From the human T2T-CHM13v2.0 reference genome, Homo sapiens, in the NCBI RefSeq assembly GCF_009914755.1, contig NC_060927.1: DNA of 64,000 bases; one strand, written 5' to 3'. This document shows, piece after piece, positions 63,588 to 64,000 of this stretch. The stretch's first letter is position 1. Every line of letters begins with the position of its first letter. The position numbers and the translations under genes are program-made. The notes below the pieces were generated by a model, which saw only the letters and a list, made by a program, of their open reading frames with translations, was not told the origin of the DNA and made no database searches.

Positions 63588-64000
63588 TATTCTTTTTTTT
63601 TAATTCTTCTCAAATTCTCATCTTCCATTTATTCCACCATTAGTTTCAACCTAGCTTCTGTTTCCATTACTAGGTAGGTCAGGTGCACTGACCTGTGAAT
63701 AATGTGGCCCTCAAGAAAGTCTTTTGTGGTGGTGACAGTTGCAGGGAAACTGAGTTTCAGAAGTGATCATGGCAGCAGTGTAAAAAGTGGTGTCTAATGC
63801 ATAGTTCAAGTCTTCTCCCTGCTGCCAAATGTGGCAGCTAGTGTCCATTGGCTGCATCAATAGTATCTTCTCTTGATTACTTCTGCAACATTTGGTTGGG
63901 CATTGTTTCTGCTGCTGGACTCTAATGTGGTTTACCACACCTCTCAGAGATTTAAAAAAATACCTAACACCCTTTAAACAAATTCAGTGTCTGTTTATAT

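Overview
AT-rich primate (hominid, most likely human) genomic DNA, dominated by interspersed repeats. I recognise no host protein-coding exon, RNA gene or CRISPR array. Five large LINE-1s all lie on the + strand: an L1MA-type 3' part (1-3289), a full-length decayed L1PA7-like copy (10669-17147), a 5'-truncated L1PA5-like copy (from 29859), a full-length L1PA2-like copy (31144-37228) nested in that element's tail, and a full-length L1MA4-like copy (~47571-57290) that carries nested THE1, MER1B and AluJ insertions. Seven Alus, several solo LTRs, DNA-transposon MITEs, and L2/MIR/L1ME relics fill most of the rest. Subfamily names come from my recall of consensus sequences, not from a search. The most notable structure is fine-scale. 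(1) The L1PA2 carries a 47-bp 3' transduction, has open ORF1 and ORF0, and its ORF2 is one extra A away from full length. (2) A quasi-palindrome with compensatory substitutions is coupled to a template-switch duplication at 30781-30870. (3) A 147-bp templated insertion has inverted junction snippets, and its donor ends beside a perfect hairpin. (4) A THE1 provirus sits head-to-head inside a solo THE1 LTR with the palindrome apex deleted. (5) There are a few low-confidence micro-exon/exon candidates. I see no evidence of a new biological system.
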